A stretch of DNA of 64,000 bases from Alphaproteobacteria bacterium (GCA_965237415.1 CBDEFM010000002.1:768001-832000), one strand, 5' to 3'; counted from the stretch's first letter, positions 26,056 through 35,790 are shown. The notes: generated by a model from the sequence alone, not told the origin. Program-made: numbers and translations.

Positions 26056-28899
26056 TCACTTCTCCGAGTTCAAGCCGTCGTTGATCGAGTCCGGCCCCGT
26101 CCATTCTGGGTCGTCGCTGGCAGCCAAGAGATAGTCCGAACCCGCGCCCAAGGAATACACACCCAGAACGTATTCGCCGGGCGGGAGCTCCTCCTCCAGC
26201 CACTCATCGCTAGCCCCGCTGTTGATTGAACTCGCGAGCTCTCCGCTCTTCCCCACAATCTTCAGGTCCACGTCTGCGCTCAAACCGCTCAACGATGCCT
26301 TCACCGTCGTGGTTTCGTGGATATCGAACCAAACGGACTGCTCTTCGCCCTCGCCGACCCGTCCTTCAACCTCGAACGGCAGGGGAAGGAGTTCCGGCGT
26401 GCGCCTTCCCACGTCCAGGCCATAGCCGGAACCTTCCGGTCCGACAATCTCAAGCGCGTACTGGCCCTGCCAGAGATGCACCTTGATCTCCTCGTCTGCG
26501 TCGTCAATGTTCCTTGAGGATCCGACTTCCGCGGACTCCGCGTCCAAAAGCCGGATGTCCAGGTCCTCTGACAGCCCGGTCAAGCCGATCGTGACGACCT
26601 CGACGCCGGGCACGGCCAGAATCTCGAAGCTTTTGTCGCCCGCACCGACTTGACCGTTCTTGCTGACTACCTGCTGGGTAATGGGCATCGGCACCCGGCT
26701 GTTCAGTTCAAGCCTGAACTCCGAATGACCCTCATCAATGGCCTCAATGGCGAGTTCATACAATCCCGGCCAAAGCAGCACGTCTATCTGCTCGTCATTG
26801 TTCGAAGCATTGATGGAGCTGCCGATCTCTTTACCTTGGGAGTCCGTCAGACGAACGTCCACGTCTATCTCGAGTTCGGACAGCGATACGGACACGTGCG
26901 TTGCCATCGACACAGCCAGCCCCGCATAAAGGGGGATTCCGTGCTTGATCGTACCCTTTCGATCGGCCTCTCGCGACAGTTCCGCGTAGTCGCCTCCGAA
27001 CTCTCTCTCGTCGAATGCGATTTCCTGGACGTCCACCCCGAGGCGGAATTCGCCCACGCGCAACTGCGGCCCCGGCTCGGCCGCGACGAGCTTCTCCTTC
27101 AACCGGGATTCGACCGCGCGCAGCCGCGGTGCACGCGTCCTGATGATATAGGTTCCCTTTGCGAAGCGCACTTCCGTCTCGTCGGCGGCATGCCAGTACA
27201 CCTGCGAGCCGCGGTTCGCATCGACTTCTGCCACCTCGAAAACGGCATCGCCCCCCTCGCTCATCGACCTGAGCGAGAAAGAATGCGGACAGGACAATTC
27301 AATGCTGTCTGGGCCAAAAAACGATAATTGGCCGTCGTCCGCGCACTCCATCTTTGCCTCTGCGAGCCGTGCCGTTTCGTCCAACTCGTCGTCGCTCCAC
27401 AAGAGCTGGGTGTCGACTATCACGCCGCGCCCCCGTTCGAGGTCGCCTAGCTCCCAGATCCCCGCCGAACTGCCACTCCAGCCCCACACGGGCAGAGGGG
27501 AAGCGTTGTTCGTGCTCTTGCTCGTGCTGTTTTCCACTACGTAGATCGTGCTGCCGTCTTCGCGACCAAGAACCCGCACGGTCCCCACTGTCTGGTCACT
27601 CGTCAGCGGATGCGACAACGTGCCGTAATAGCTTGCGGTGCGGCCGCTGCACAACTCGCCCTTCGCGTACGGCTTGAATGCCCAGACTCGACCATCTCTC
27701 AGCGTGCTGTCCGGGTAGACGAAGATCAGCACTCTTCCCTTGTTCTCCAGGAGCACCGCTTCGCACTTCGCCTTGCGTAGCTCCTTTCTTTCCGTGCCAC
27801 TGCCGCCGAATTCGCAATCGCCTTTCTCATTGCAATAGCCCGGTGCGACGCCGCGTTCGATCATCGCTGATATCGCCGCGTCGCTGACATGCTCTTCCAC
27901 TGCCGTAGACGAAACGTAGTGATAGACGTCCGTCGCGAATCTCCACGGAAGGCGTTCCTGATTCGTTGCAGTGGTCCCATCCCCGGTGAGGGTGAGACTC
28001 TCCGCCGAGCGGTGAAAGAACAGGCCAAGGGACAGATACGGATCGGCGCCAAGTTGGAGCATTTCCACCGCTGTGCGGCGATCCGTTTGCAGGGCATGGC
28101 CCAGCAGGTCCATGCGTGGACCGCGGTCGCTCGTGGCGCGCACTTCCTCACCTTCGGCGTCCCTGCCATCGCCGATTAGCAGATTGAACACGCTGGTAGT
28201 CTGCGCTCCGTCGTCGCTTTGTTCGTTCTTCATGTTATCTTCATTAGCCAAGTGTCCCAGTATCTCGTGTCTGGTCTCCTCGTCCAGTGCGAAGAGCGAG
28301 TCAATCACCCGCCTGTCCGGCACCGTCTCTGCCCTCTCGTCGAACAGATTCACCGCGAGCGACGGAGGAAACCCGGCCTTGAGGAACAATTCCACACCGT
28401 TCGTGTTGCCCACCTCGAGCGCTGTCTTGAAGTACTGCCGGGTCAGAAACATCCCTCGGTCATTCAACATTTGTTGCGCGATTTGCTGCCTGTCCGGCGC
28501 GGGCCAGGACAGCGATCCCACGAGCAGCGCCGCGCTCGCGATCATGAGCAGGAACGCGTCCAAAGCGCGTACTTTGACAATTTCGGCTACGGCAGCATGC
28601 AGATTGCGGATCCATTCGTGCCTCGATTCATGCCAACGAAAATGTGCCAGGAACCCAACGAGAAACAGCACCAGCGAAAGCGCAGCATAGACGACCATGA
28701 TCCACTTTACCCAGGGCGTAAAGGGAGGATGAAAAACTACCGTGGAACCGACCACCGTCGCGACGCCGGCCGTCACTACGGCGAACTCTCTGAAGCTGAT
28801 GTGTACCTGTTGGAGACCTCGTCCGGCTCGCGCGAACCATCGGGCCACGCGTCTCGGTCGACCGGTCGTAGACAGTTCTCTAGACTGCGATTCGGCCAT
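26056..28899 (-). CDS. membrane-anchored protein with about three C-terminal pre-peptidase C-terminal (PPC)-like repeats
   Basis: Three N-terminal hydrophobic helices; an ankyrin-like patch (ALEVGNTNGVELFLKAG); three copies of L..L..D.D..L......SS.N....DE.....L..G.Y.L. Confidence 0.7.
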   Translation of the reverse strand: MAESQSRELSTTGRPRRVARWFARAGRGLQQVHISFREFAVVTAGVATVVGSTVVFHPPFTPWVKWIMVVYAALSLVLFLVGFLAHFRWHESRHEWIRNLHAAVAEIVKVRALDAFLLMIASAALLVGSLSWPAPDRQQIAQQMLNDRGMFLTRQYFKTALEVGNTNGVELFLKAGFPPSLAVNLFDERAETVPDRRVIDSLFALDEETRHEILGHLANEDNMKNEQSDDGAQTTSVFNLLIGDGRDAEGEEVRATSDRGPRMDLLGHALQTDRRTAVEMLQLGADPYLSLGLFFHRSAESLTLTGDGTTATNQERLPWRFATDVYHYVSSTAVEEHVSDAAISAMIERGVAPGYCNEKGDCEFGGSGTERKELRKAKCEAVLLENKGRVLIFVYPDSTLRDGRVWAFKPYAKGELCSGRTASYYGTLSHPLTSDQTVGTVRVLGREDGSTIYVVENSTSKSTNNASPLPVWGWSGSSAGIWELGDLERGRGVIVDTQLLWSDDELDETARLAEAKMECADDGQLSFFGPDSIELSCPHSFSLRSMSEGGDAVFEVAEVDANRGSQVYWHAADETEVRFAKGTYIIRTRAPRLRAVESRLKEKLVAAEPGPQLRVGEFRLGVDVQEIAFDEREFGGDYAELSREADRKGTIKHGIPLYAGLAVSMATHVSVSLSELEIDVDVRLTDSQGKEIGSSINASNNDEQIDVLLWPGLYELAIEAIDEGHSEFRLELNSRVPMPITQQVVSKNGQVGAGDKSFEILAVPGVEVVTIGLTGLSEDLDIRLLDAESAEVGSSRNIDDADEEIKVHLWQGQYALEIVGPEGSGYGLDVGRRTPELLPLPFEVEGRVGEGEEQSVWFDIHETTTVKASLSGLSADVDLKIVGKSGELASSINSGASDEWLEEELPPGEYVLGVYSLGAGSDYLLAASDDPEWTGPDSINDGLNSEK

Positions 28900-28994
28900 G
28901 CAAGCCCTCCCGAACGGCCGGCTTCCCGGTCACGGTTATCTCACTGCGGCCCACGGCCAACCTAGCGCTGTCCGTGCCTCTCATTTCGTGCTGA

Positions 28995-29100
28995 ACTTGC
29001 CTTGGGGCGAAGGTGGCAAGTACGCGCAGCTTGATGTCGGAGAACAGCACTTGTACGGGCAGCTCGGGTACCTCGCGCCCGAGGCGGACCATCAAATTGG
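28995..29100 (-). pseudogene. IS4/Tn5-like transposase C-terminal remnant
   Basis: MVRLGREVPELPVQVLFSDIKLRVL resembles the IS4-family LGRE.PELP..VLF motif. Confidence 0.5.
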
Positions 29101-29247
29101 ATGCGCCAGGCGATGACCATCTTGATGGCGATCGCGCGTTCGAGGCGCTCGTCACTGTTTATGCATCGAACCTATCACCGTCCGGTCTCGCAGGCGACCC
29201 AAGCTTGGCTCCCGAGATATTCGTAGGTTGCCACTATCTCCTGCACA

Positions 29248-29492
29248 GCGGCGTCGGTTGCGAGGAGCTGCGTGCCGCAACGCAGCACACGTGCCCGCGT
29301 CTTCACGTCTTCGGGCACATTCACCATGGCCATGGGTGGCGGCGCATCGGGAGAACACTTCACGTCAACACCTCCAATTGCGCCAGCCGCCACGAGCCCC
29401 TCAACCCGGTAGTGGTCGTCCACCTTCCCGCTGAAGGCGATGCCGTCGTCGCAACCCGAGGTACCGTAGCGGAATTCCAACTCGAGGCTTGA
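29248..29492 (+). pseudogene. metallophosphoesterase C-terminal fragment
   Basis: VGCEELR...PRLHVFGHIHHGHG...T..VN.S.C...EPLNPVVV; the N-terminal motifs are absent. Confidence 0.7.
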
Positions 29493-29569
29493 CTTCCGCC
29501 GCCTCACAGGAAGCCTGCGGCGCCTGAATTGCCGCGATCGACGAGGCGGGATGGACGGACGCACCCGTC

Positions 29570-29775
29570 GCCGGCTGCTCACGAGCGTTCTCCTTGCACG
29601 CCAATCCACGGTCTCCTGCTCCTGAAGCGCGGGATCGCCGCCGGGATTGAGTCCCGGGATGCAGTGCCCGCCCGGCTCCGGGAACGCGGTGCGGCCGGAA
29701 TAGAATAGCCTCTGACTTGTCCCCGAGCTCTCGTGGGATGGCCCTGGCAAGGTGTACGATCGCCCAGCGTCTCCC
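29570..29775 (-). pseudogene. frameshifted fragment, possibly uracil-DNA-glycosylase-like
   Basis: LARAIPRELGDKSEA in one frame joins FYSGRTAF...GLNPGGDPALQEQETVDW in another. Confidence 0.35.
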
Positions 29776-29963
29776 CGGCGCCAACTTTGGCGTCGGCGTG
29801 CTCCCGATTTCTCCTCCATTTGTTTGGAAAGCTCTTCGCCGATGGGTGTTATTCTGCCGGCGGGTTGGCCGTCCCGTGGTCCGCGTCACGCGGATTGAGG
29901 GAGGTGCGCGGCGGTTGACTTTGCTGAAGTGCCTTTCGCATGTCGGCAGGAGAGAACCGCGCC

Positions 29964-30407
29964 ATGAAATCCACCAGCAACAATGGAATCGAGCCGCCAC
30001 CGTCGGAGGGCGAGGATCGGAGTCTTCAGTTCGGTTCGCCAAGGGAGGGACCGGATCCGGCAGAAGACAAGCAGAAGCCGCGCCGTTCGGCCGCGAGTGC
30101 CGCTAGTACGGATCGAATGGCTGGATAGCACACTCAGCCTGTTTCGTCCTGGAAACTACTGACCGACTACCGGAATGGTTTACTCCGGCCCCACAAGCGT
30201 GTCTCGGTTGGATGGATGATCCGGGATGACGACGAGGTGAAAGTGCTGGTGGCGAACTTCGGGGGAGTCGAGAACGAATTCGACCCAGACCGCACCCTAC
30301 AAGCCTGTGGAGTCATCCAAATACCAACGTGCTGCGTTGTCCGCATCTCTGCGCTGAACGAGCGTGAAGACAGGCAACTGTTTCCACGCTCGCACAACGA
30401 GGACTAG
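29964..30407 (+). pseudogene. frameshifted small phage-type protein
   Basis: RBS and ATG at 29964. PLVRIEWLDS and QPVSSW...SVGWMIRDDDEVKVLVANFG...IQIP..CV are split across frames at about 30100-30135. Confidence 0.5.
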
Positions 30408-30688
30408 TTCTGCCCGGGCGTTTCGTCCTGGGAAAGAAGGGAAGCAGCCATGCTCCGAAGATCCTCACCCGAGGGGAGGCTCTGCAAGATTTTCGAGGCC
30501 AGAGACGACATCTCCGAACTCGTTTCCTTCTTGCCGCCTTCAGATGCTGCCCCACCTTGACCAGGCGTCTCGTCCTGCGACAGCAACGACCCGGCCATGC
30601 TGCGGACCTCTCCGATCGTGGGGTCATACCCACCCATCACGCGGCCGGCGAGAGACGAAATCTCGGGCGACGTTTCCTTTTTAGCCAT
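30404..30688 (-). CDS. 94-aa protein built from two tandem copies of a ~42-aa unit
   Basis: KKETSPEISSLAGRV...RSMAGSLLSQDETPGQ and KKETSSEMSSLASKI...RSMAASLLSQDETPGQ; GGAG before the ATG. Confidence 0.7.
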   Translation of the reverse strand: MAKKETSPEISSLAGRVMGGYDPTIGEVRSMAGSLLSQDETPGQGGAASEGGKKETSSEMSSLASKILQSLPSGEDLRSMAASLLSQDETPGQN

Positions 30689-31014
30689 GACGCTCTCCGT
30701 CGTTGGCGCGAGCGCTTGCAATGTCCGGAGAAAAGGCCGCAAAATAGCTGTCTCCGCGCGCTGGTGTGCAAGCGACTTGCGCGGTGATCCCGCCCTACCC
30801 GGCGGGAGGAGCCCCGCCATTGGCGGGGCTCCACCTATATGGTCGGTGCTCTGTCGGATGTCAATAGTCGCGCTATATCCATGGTGAATCAAGCATTTAC
30901 CGGCACACTGAGGATGCCAACGCCGCGAGGTCTACGGGTGGGTAGACACGTTCGGGCTATTCGAATCGGAGTGCTGGTGGGAGTAGGGCCCACATGCTCG
31001 TGTGGCTGCGAACC

Positions 31015-31734
31015 CTACTTGTCTCCATCACCGCTGGTGTCGGGAGCGACGGGTGGAGCGGTAGCAGCAGGGGCCGCTGAATCAGGAGAAGGAGGAGATG
31101 GTACAGAGCGATTGGCCAATGGGTCTGGAGTTGATTCTGGCGGTTGCTCTTCCTGTTGGAGTGGTGCTTTTGGTTCGCTTCCTGAGGTAGGCTTTTCCGA
31201 AGCAGGCGTCTCGTCCTTTTTCGTCGCTCCGCGATCAGCGAACCAGTAAGTCACGATCGTCGTGGCGACTGCCAAAGTTGCCAGATAAATATCTTCCTGC
31301 TTATCCATGAAAGTCCGCTCACCGATGCCTTGTTCCTGCTCGTGTCTAAGTCCGACGAGGTCACAACGACGTAGGCGGGAGTTGCACGGTGCGGACTCGG
31401 ATATGGCACAGCGACTGGAAACCGCGATGGCTCATACGTTGCGTCTCGGCAGCCTTGCTGAGCTTCACGGATAAGCAGGAATATCTTTGGCTTCCTGGAA
31501 CATAGCCGAGGTTGTGGTGGTCGCGCCGTTAGGCAGTTTCAACTCTGTCTGTCCATCGAACAAAGCCGCGGTGATTAGCAAGAGTCCGCCGGAGACTATG
31601 TATAGTCCTGCGCCGTAGGTCACTACAACGCGCACCATGCTTCTCCGCCCCTTGATCTGAGCGTCCATCGTCTTGACCGGCCTCTGGTCTTCGCCAAAAC
31701 GGCCAACGAATACTCGCCATAACCATCCAAGCAT
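31015..31734 (-). pseudogene. two-TM membrane protein interrupted by a MITE
   Basis: Removing 31296-31487 rejoins the two ORFs in frame as FQEAKDIYLATLAVATTIVTYWFADR. Confidence 0.8.
31296..31479. mobile_element. 184-bp MITE
   Basis: TIRs CCTGCTTATCCATGAA / TTCACGGATAAGCAGG (15/16 match); 8-bp target duplication AATATCTT at 31288-31295 and 31480-31487. Confidence 0.9.
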
Positions 31735-31758
31735 GATTCTCTCCCTCCGTGTCCTGGA

Positions 31759-31840
31759 TTAGTCGTCGGTCTCGGTCACCTTGGCGGTGGCGTTTTTCTT
31801 GACCAACGAAATCCCGTGGAGACAGTCGACCTTAGCGTGA
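31759..31840 (-). pseudogene. possible DUF1508/YegP C-terminal remnant
   Basis: KVDCLHGISLVKKNATAKVTETDD* resembles DUF1508 C-termini; no N-terminal part is visible. Confidence 0.3.
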
Positions 31841-32084
31841 GCTGCTCGTGTAGCACGTCGTGAGCAGAGGTCACAAGAATAAATTGCGTCTACGGCCAGT
31901 CATAGCGTTTTTGGTAGCGTCACATATCAAGATGTGGTGTTGACTACGCGATTCTGTCTGCTCTGCTTTGAAAACTCCATGCCTCTCCCCGCTATATCCC
32001 GCGTGAAGGTTGCGTGTGATATGCTGCGGTATCGGTTAGCCTCGTTGCGGCGCCTCACCTGATAATTCTTACTCCGATGAGAGG

Positions 32085-32156
32085 CAGTCCCGCCGGGACT
32101 CGAACCCGAATCGACGCCGTGGAAGGACGCTGCTCTACCTATTGAGCTACGGGCCT
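32085..32156 (-). tRNA. atypical or pseudo tRNA-Gly(TCC)
   Basis: D arm GCTC-AATAGGTA-GAGC; anticodon arm GCGTC-CTTCCAC-GGCGT; T arm TCGGG-TTCGAGT-CCCGG; acceptor AGGCCCG/CGGGACT with one mismatch; no encoded CCA. Confidence 0.65.
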
Positions 32157-32202
32157 GCCTCCCTCCCATATGATGTGTGTGCCAGCACGCCCGTGTGCGA
32201 CG

Positions 32203-32355
32203 CCCTCTACGTCCTCGAAAGACGAAAAGATCGCCCGCGTGGGGATCGCGCCCGAGGTCCTCCTGAACCTGCAGTGCCAGCGTGTTCATGCCGCGCCGCA
32301 TGTCCGTCACACCGCTCGCAAGCCACACCCGCATCCCGCTCGGAACCGGGATCAT
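32203..32355 (-). pseudogene. tnpB: IS66 accessory protein TnpB, truncated
   Basis: MIPVPSGMRVWLASGVTDMRRGMNTLALQVQEDLGRDPHAGDLFVFRGRRG, after which similarity is lost. Confidence 0.85.
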
Positions 32356-32780
32356 CGCCGATCCAGGACCGCAAGTACCCGCGCCAGCGCCGAGCCATCG
32401 ACCGCCCGGTCGACGATCACCCGCCGGCCGCCCGCCAGCACGATCTCCATCCGGCCCGTCGCCGGCGGACCCGCCGCCACTGGATCGTCGAAGGGCGGGT
32501 GCATCGTCGCCGCACCCACCTCGTGGCCTGGCACCGCTCCGACAACCACAGGCACGAGCCGGCCGGACCTGGTATCGCACGCCGGCTCGCGAAATAGCCG
32601 CCGCCATGCGAACACCTGATTGGCGTTGACGTTGTAGCGCTGGGCGACCATCGGCACCGAAACACCAGGCTCGTGGGTCTCCGCCACGATCTGCCGCTTC
32701 TGCGCCTCGCTCCACCGACGGCGTCGGCGACGAACCAGCTCGCCGCTCCCCGCGCCCGACTTCTCCTCGGTATCCGACAT
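32352..32780 (-). CDS. tnpA: IS66 accessory protein TnpA (HTH)
   Basis: RRRRWSEAQKRQIVAET.EPGVSV..VAQRYNVNANQVFAWRR...MEIVLAGGRRVIV. Confidence 0.85.
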   Translation of the reverse strand: MSDTEEKSGAGSGELVRRRRRRWSEAQKRQIVAETHEPGVSVPMVAQRYNVNANQVFAWRRLFREPACDTRSGRLVPVVVGAVPGHEVGAATMHPPFDDPVAAGPPATGRMEIVLAGGRRVIVDRAVDGSALARVLAVLDRR

Positions 32781-32876
32781 CAGCCAAGTGTCCACTAAGC
32801 GCCAAGTGGGCACCTACGAAGTGTCCACTTCCAGAGCACTCAGCCTGCCCAATCCCACCCCATCGGAACAGGCGGC

Positions 32877-33947
32877 CTACGCCGGAGGCATACGCGCGAT
32901 CGCGGTACACACCTGACACTTCGCCTTGCCGGCGTGATAGAGATGCCAATAGCGGGCGCACAGGCGCTTCTGCGCCGCCCAGGCGATGGCCTGCGCCCCG
33001 GGCGGGGCGGCGGCGGCCTTGCGCCTGAGATGAGCGGTCTTGCGAGCCGGGAAGCGATAGCTCCAGGCCGCCTCCACCAGCACACGGCGCACATGGCCGT
33101 TGCCGGTCTTGGTGATCGCCCCCTGGCGTCGCCGAGGGCCCGAGGAATGTTCACTCGGCACCAAGCCGAGGAAGCTCATCAGCTGGCGCGGCGTCTCGAA
33201 GCGCGTCAGGTCCCCCAGCTCCGCCAACACCGTCATCGCCGTGATCAAATCCACCCCGCGCAGGGCCATCAACGCCTCGGCCACAGGGCGCATGGACCAC
33301 GACGCCAGCGCTTGGCGCATCCGATCCTCCAACCCCGCCACGCGGGCCTGCGCCTGCATCACCGTGTCGACATACTCCTGCAATACCACCTGTTGGGCGG
33401 GATGGTCGAAACGCTGCTCCTCCAGCCAGCGAAAGTGCGCCTGCGTCCACCGGCTCTTGCCCGACCGATAGACCCGGTCATGGCGAAGCAGGAACGCTCC
33501 CAGGCGCTGACGCGCCTTGAGCTCGATCGCCTTCATGTCCTCGCGTGCCCGGGTCAGGTCGCGCACCGCCTCCTGTTCCACTCCCGGCACCCACACCGCG
33601 CTCAGCTCCCCGGCGCGGTGAAGACGCGCCAGGTTCAGCGCGTCGCGCCGGTCCGTCTTCACCCGATCCCCGGGCTTGCGCGGGATCAGACTCGGCGCCA
33701 CCACCACGCAGTGGTGCCCGCTCTCGATGATCTCCCGATACACCCCGTAGCCGCAGGGGCCGGCCTCATAGCAGAAGCTCAGCACCTCGCCGTGGGGGCT
33801 CAGCTTGCCAATCAGGCGCCGCAACGAGGAACGCCGATGTCTAATCTCCCCCCGGTACACCGCCTCCGCGCGACCCGCTATCGCAACCGCCACCGCGATC
33901 GTCTCCTTGTGAACGTCCAACCCGACATAGCTGCTATATTCATACAT
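32877..33947 (-). CDS. IS110 family transposase, C-terminus clipped by IS66
   Basis: YVGLDVHK, CYEAGPCGY, RVKTDRRDA, LGLVPSEHSSG, ITKTGN; ends TAIAR|MPPA at the IS66 junction. Confidence 0.92.
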   Translation of the reverse strand: MYEYSSYVGLDVHKETIAVAVAIAGRAEAVYRGEIRHRRSSLRRLIGKLSPHGEVLSFCYEAGPCGYGVYREIIESGHHCVVVAPSLIPRKPGDRVKTDRRDALNLARLHRAGELSAVWVPGVEQEAVRDLTRAREDMKAIELKARQRLGAFLLRHDRVYRSGKSRWTQAHFRWLEEQRFDHPAQQVVLQEYVDTVMQAQARVAGLEDRMRQALASWSMRPVAEALMALRGVDLITAMTVLAELGDLTRFETPRQLMSFLGLVPSEHSSGPRRRQGAITKTGNGHVRRVLVEAAWSYRFPARKTAHLRRKAAAAPPGAQAIAWAAQKRLCARYWHLYHAGKAKCQVCTAIARMPPA

Positions 33948-34046
33948 GACCTGCCCTCCTCGATGTGGCTCTGCCCTCGACATCGTCTGACCCCGAGCGT
34001 AACCCACGATACTCGAGGCCAGGGCAGGTCAATCCATGATGTCTAG
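33948..34046 (-). ncRNA. IS110 non-coding end; candidate bridge-RNA segment
   Basis: About 100 nt closed by the inverted repeat GACCTGCCCT/AGGGCAGGTC, with internal CCTCGA/TCGAGG stems; ends at CTAG. Confidence 0.45.
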
Positions 34047-34190
34047 CAGTCTGTCGGACTTTCGACCTCAGAAAGTCGTAACTCATTGATTTTCCGCGTT
34101 TTTGATTTCACCATGGGAATGATTCGATTCAAGAATATGTATATTTTTCAACAAGTTGCGAAATCGGCGCCCGCTAAGTCCGACAGACTG
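34047..34190. mobile_element. 144-bp MITE
   Basis: Perfect 15-bp TIR CAGTCTGTCGGACTT/AAGTCCGACAGACTG, flanked by CTAG on both sides; AT-rich interior. Confidence 0.88.
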
Positions 34191-34193
34191 CTA

Positions 34194-35370
34194 GTGTCCC
34201 GTACGCAAAGTTCATATAGTTAAGCGGGGGTGGCGATTCGGGGGACATGGCGATGCGGCCTTCGGTGGAGATCAAGCTGACTGAGGACGAGCGCAGCGAG
34301 CTGGCGCGGCTGGCGCGGGGGCGCAAGGTCTGGCGGGCTCTGTCGGAGCGGGCGCACATCGTGCTGCTGGCGGCCGAGGGGCTGACCAATGTGCAGATCG
34401 GGAACGTACTGGGCGTGACCGATCAGACCGCCAGGAAGTGGCGCAACCGGTTTGCGGAGCAGCGTCTCGATGGACTTGACGACGAGCCCCGCTCCGGTCG
34501 TCCACGACGTATCAAGGACGACAACGTGGCCGAGGTGATCCGCAAAACGCTGGAGGAGACGCCTCGTGACGCGACCCACTGGAGCACGCGCTCGATGGCG
34601 CGGTCTACGGGCTACGCGCCGTCGACGATCCACCGGATGTGGCGGGCCTTTTCCCTGCAGCCCCACCGCAGCGAGACCTTCAAGCTCTCGGCGGACCCGT
34701 ACTTCGTGGACAAGACGCGCGACATCGTCGGGCTGTACGTGGACCCGCCGCAGCATGCCCTGGTTCTCTGTGTGGACGAGAAGTCCCAGGTTCAGGCCCT
34801 CGATCGCACCCAGCCCCTGCTACCGCTGCGGCCCGGCCAGGTCGAGCGGCGCACCCATGACTACAAGCGCAATGGCACGACCTCGCTGTTCGCCGCCCTC
34901 GACGTCGCCACCGGGACGGTCATCGGACAGTGCTACCGGCGCCACCGTAGCGCGGAGTTCCGGAAGTTCCTGGATCACGTCGAGGCCAATGTTCCGCCTG
35001 ATCTCGAGATCCACATCGTTATGGACAACTACTCGACCCACAAGACGAAGACGGTCCGCGACTGGTTCGCCCGGCGTCCGCGCTGGTATGTCCATTTCAC
35101 GCCGACGTCTGCCTCATGGCTCAACCAGGTCGAGCGCTTCTTCGCCGAGCTGACGGAAAAGCAGATCCGGCGCGGCGTTCACCGCTCGACCGCCGAACTG
35201 GAGCGGGCAATCGCCAACTACATCGAGACCGTCAACGAGCACCCAAAGCCGTTCCGATGGCACAAGTCGGCCGACGACATCTTGGCGTCCATCAAGCGCT
35301 TCTGCCTCAGGACCCTCGAAACCGCTTCGGCGACCGCATCATAACGGTACGAACTTAGGAATCAGGACAC
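34194..35370 (+). mobile_element. complete IS630-family element
   Basis: Ends GTGTCCCGTACGCAAAGTTC / GAACTTAGGAATCAGGACAC; TA flanks within CTAG. Confidence 0.9.
34247..35344 (+). CDS. IS630 transposase
   Basis: [47 protein letters not shown]. Confidence 0.95.
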   Translation: MAMRPSVEIKLTEDERSELARLARGRKVWRALSERAHIVLLAAEGLTNVQIGNVLGVTDQTARKWRNRFAEQRLDGLDDEPRSGRPRRIKDDNVAEVIRKTLEETPRDATHWSTRSMARSTGYAPSTIHRMWRAFSLQPHRSETFKLSADPYFVDKTRDIVGLYVDPPQHALVLCVDEKSQVQALDRTQPLLPLRPGQVERRTHDYKRNGTTSLFAALDVATGTVIGQCYRRHRSAEFRKFLDHVEANVPPDLEIHIVMDNYSTHKTKTVRDWFARRPRWYVHFTPTSASWLNQVERFFAELTEKQIRRGVHRSTAELERAIANYIETVNEHPKPFRWHKSADDILASIKRFCLRTLETASATAS

Positions 35371-35790
35371 TAGTTTGCCGTATGCCGAAACGATGATGAC
35401 TCGTCACGGAGCATCAGTGAGTTTAGCGTAGGGCACTCACCGATCCTGCCGATCATCAGCCCGACTTGGCATGTGCTCCAGCACGAGGCCTTGCGCGCAG
35501 ACGGGCGCATTCGTATTGCATTGCCCGGAACAATCTCCCTGCCCTCACTATCGGTACCGCGCGGAACACTCTGCCGCATGCGCCTGCCAAGGGGGTGGGA
35601 GTCGGTCGCTCTTCCAACCTGTTGTATTCACCCGACTTTTCGGTCTGCAGTCGCGCCAGCCCCACACCCTGCCCATCACAACCGATCTGAACATAACGGA
35701 CGTCCCAGGACCAGTCCGCACCGAATCACGTTGGCGCCCTGGACGGGGGCCAGGGCTGCGTGCCCGAACGCCGGGACATCCTTGGCGACG

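Larger units (their letters stand above)
32203..32893 (-). mobile_element. truncated IS66-family element (left end, tnpA, partial tnpB)
   Basis: Terminus GTATGCCTCCGGCG at 32893; tnpA and tnpB overlap at ATGA; no tnpC. Confidence 0.85.

Noticed and set aside
32786-32830. Three AAGTG(T/G)(C/G)CAC repeats
   Set aside because: They fall inside the IS66 left end and are explained by that element.
35374-35790. Possible integrase or relaxase after alpA
   Set aside because: No tyrosine or serine recombinase or relaxase motif in the ORFs of this interval.
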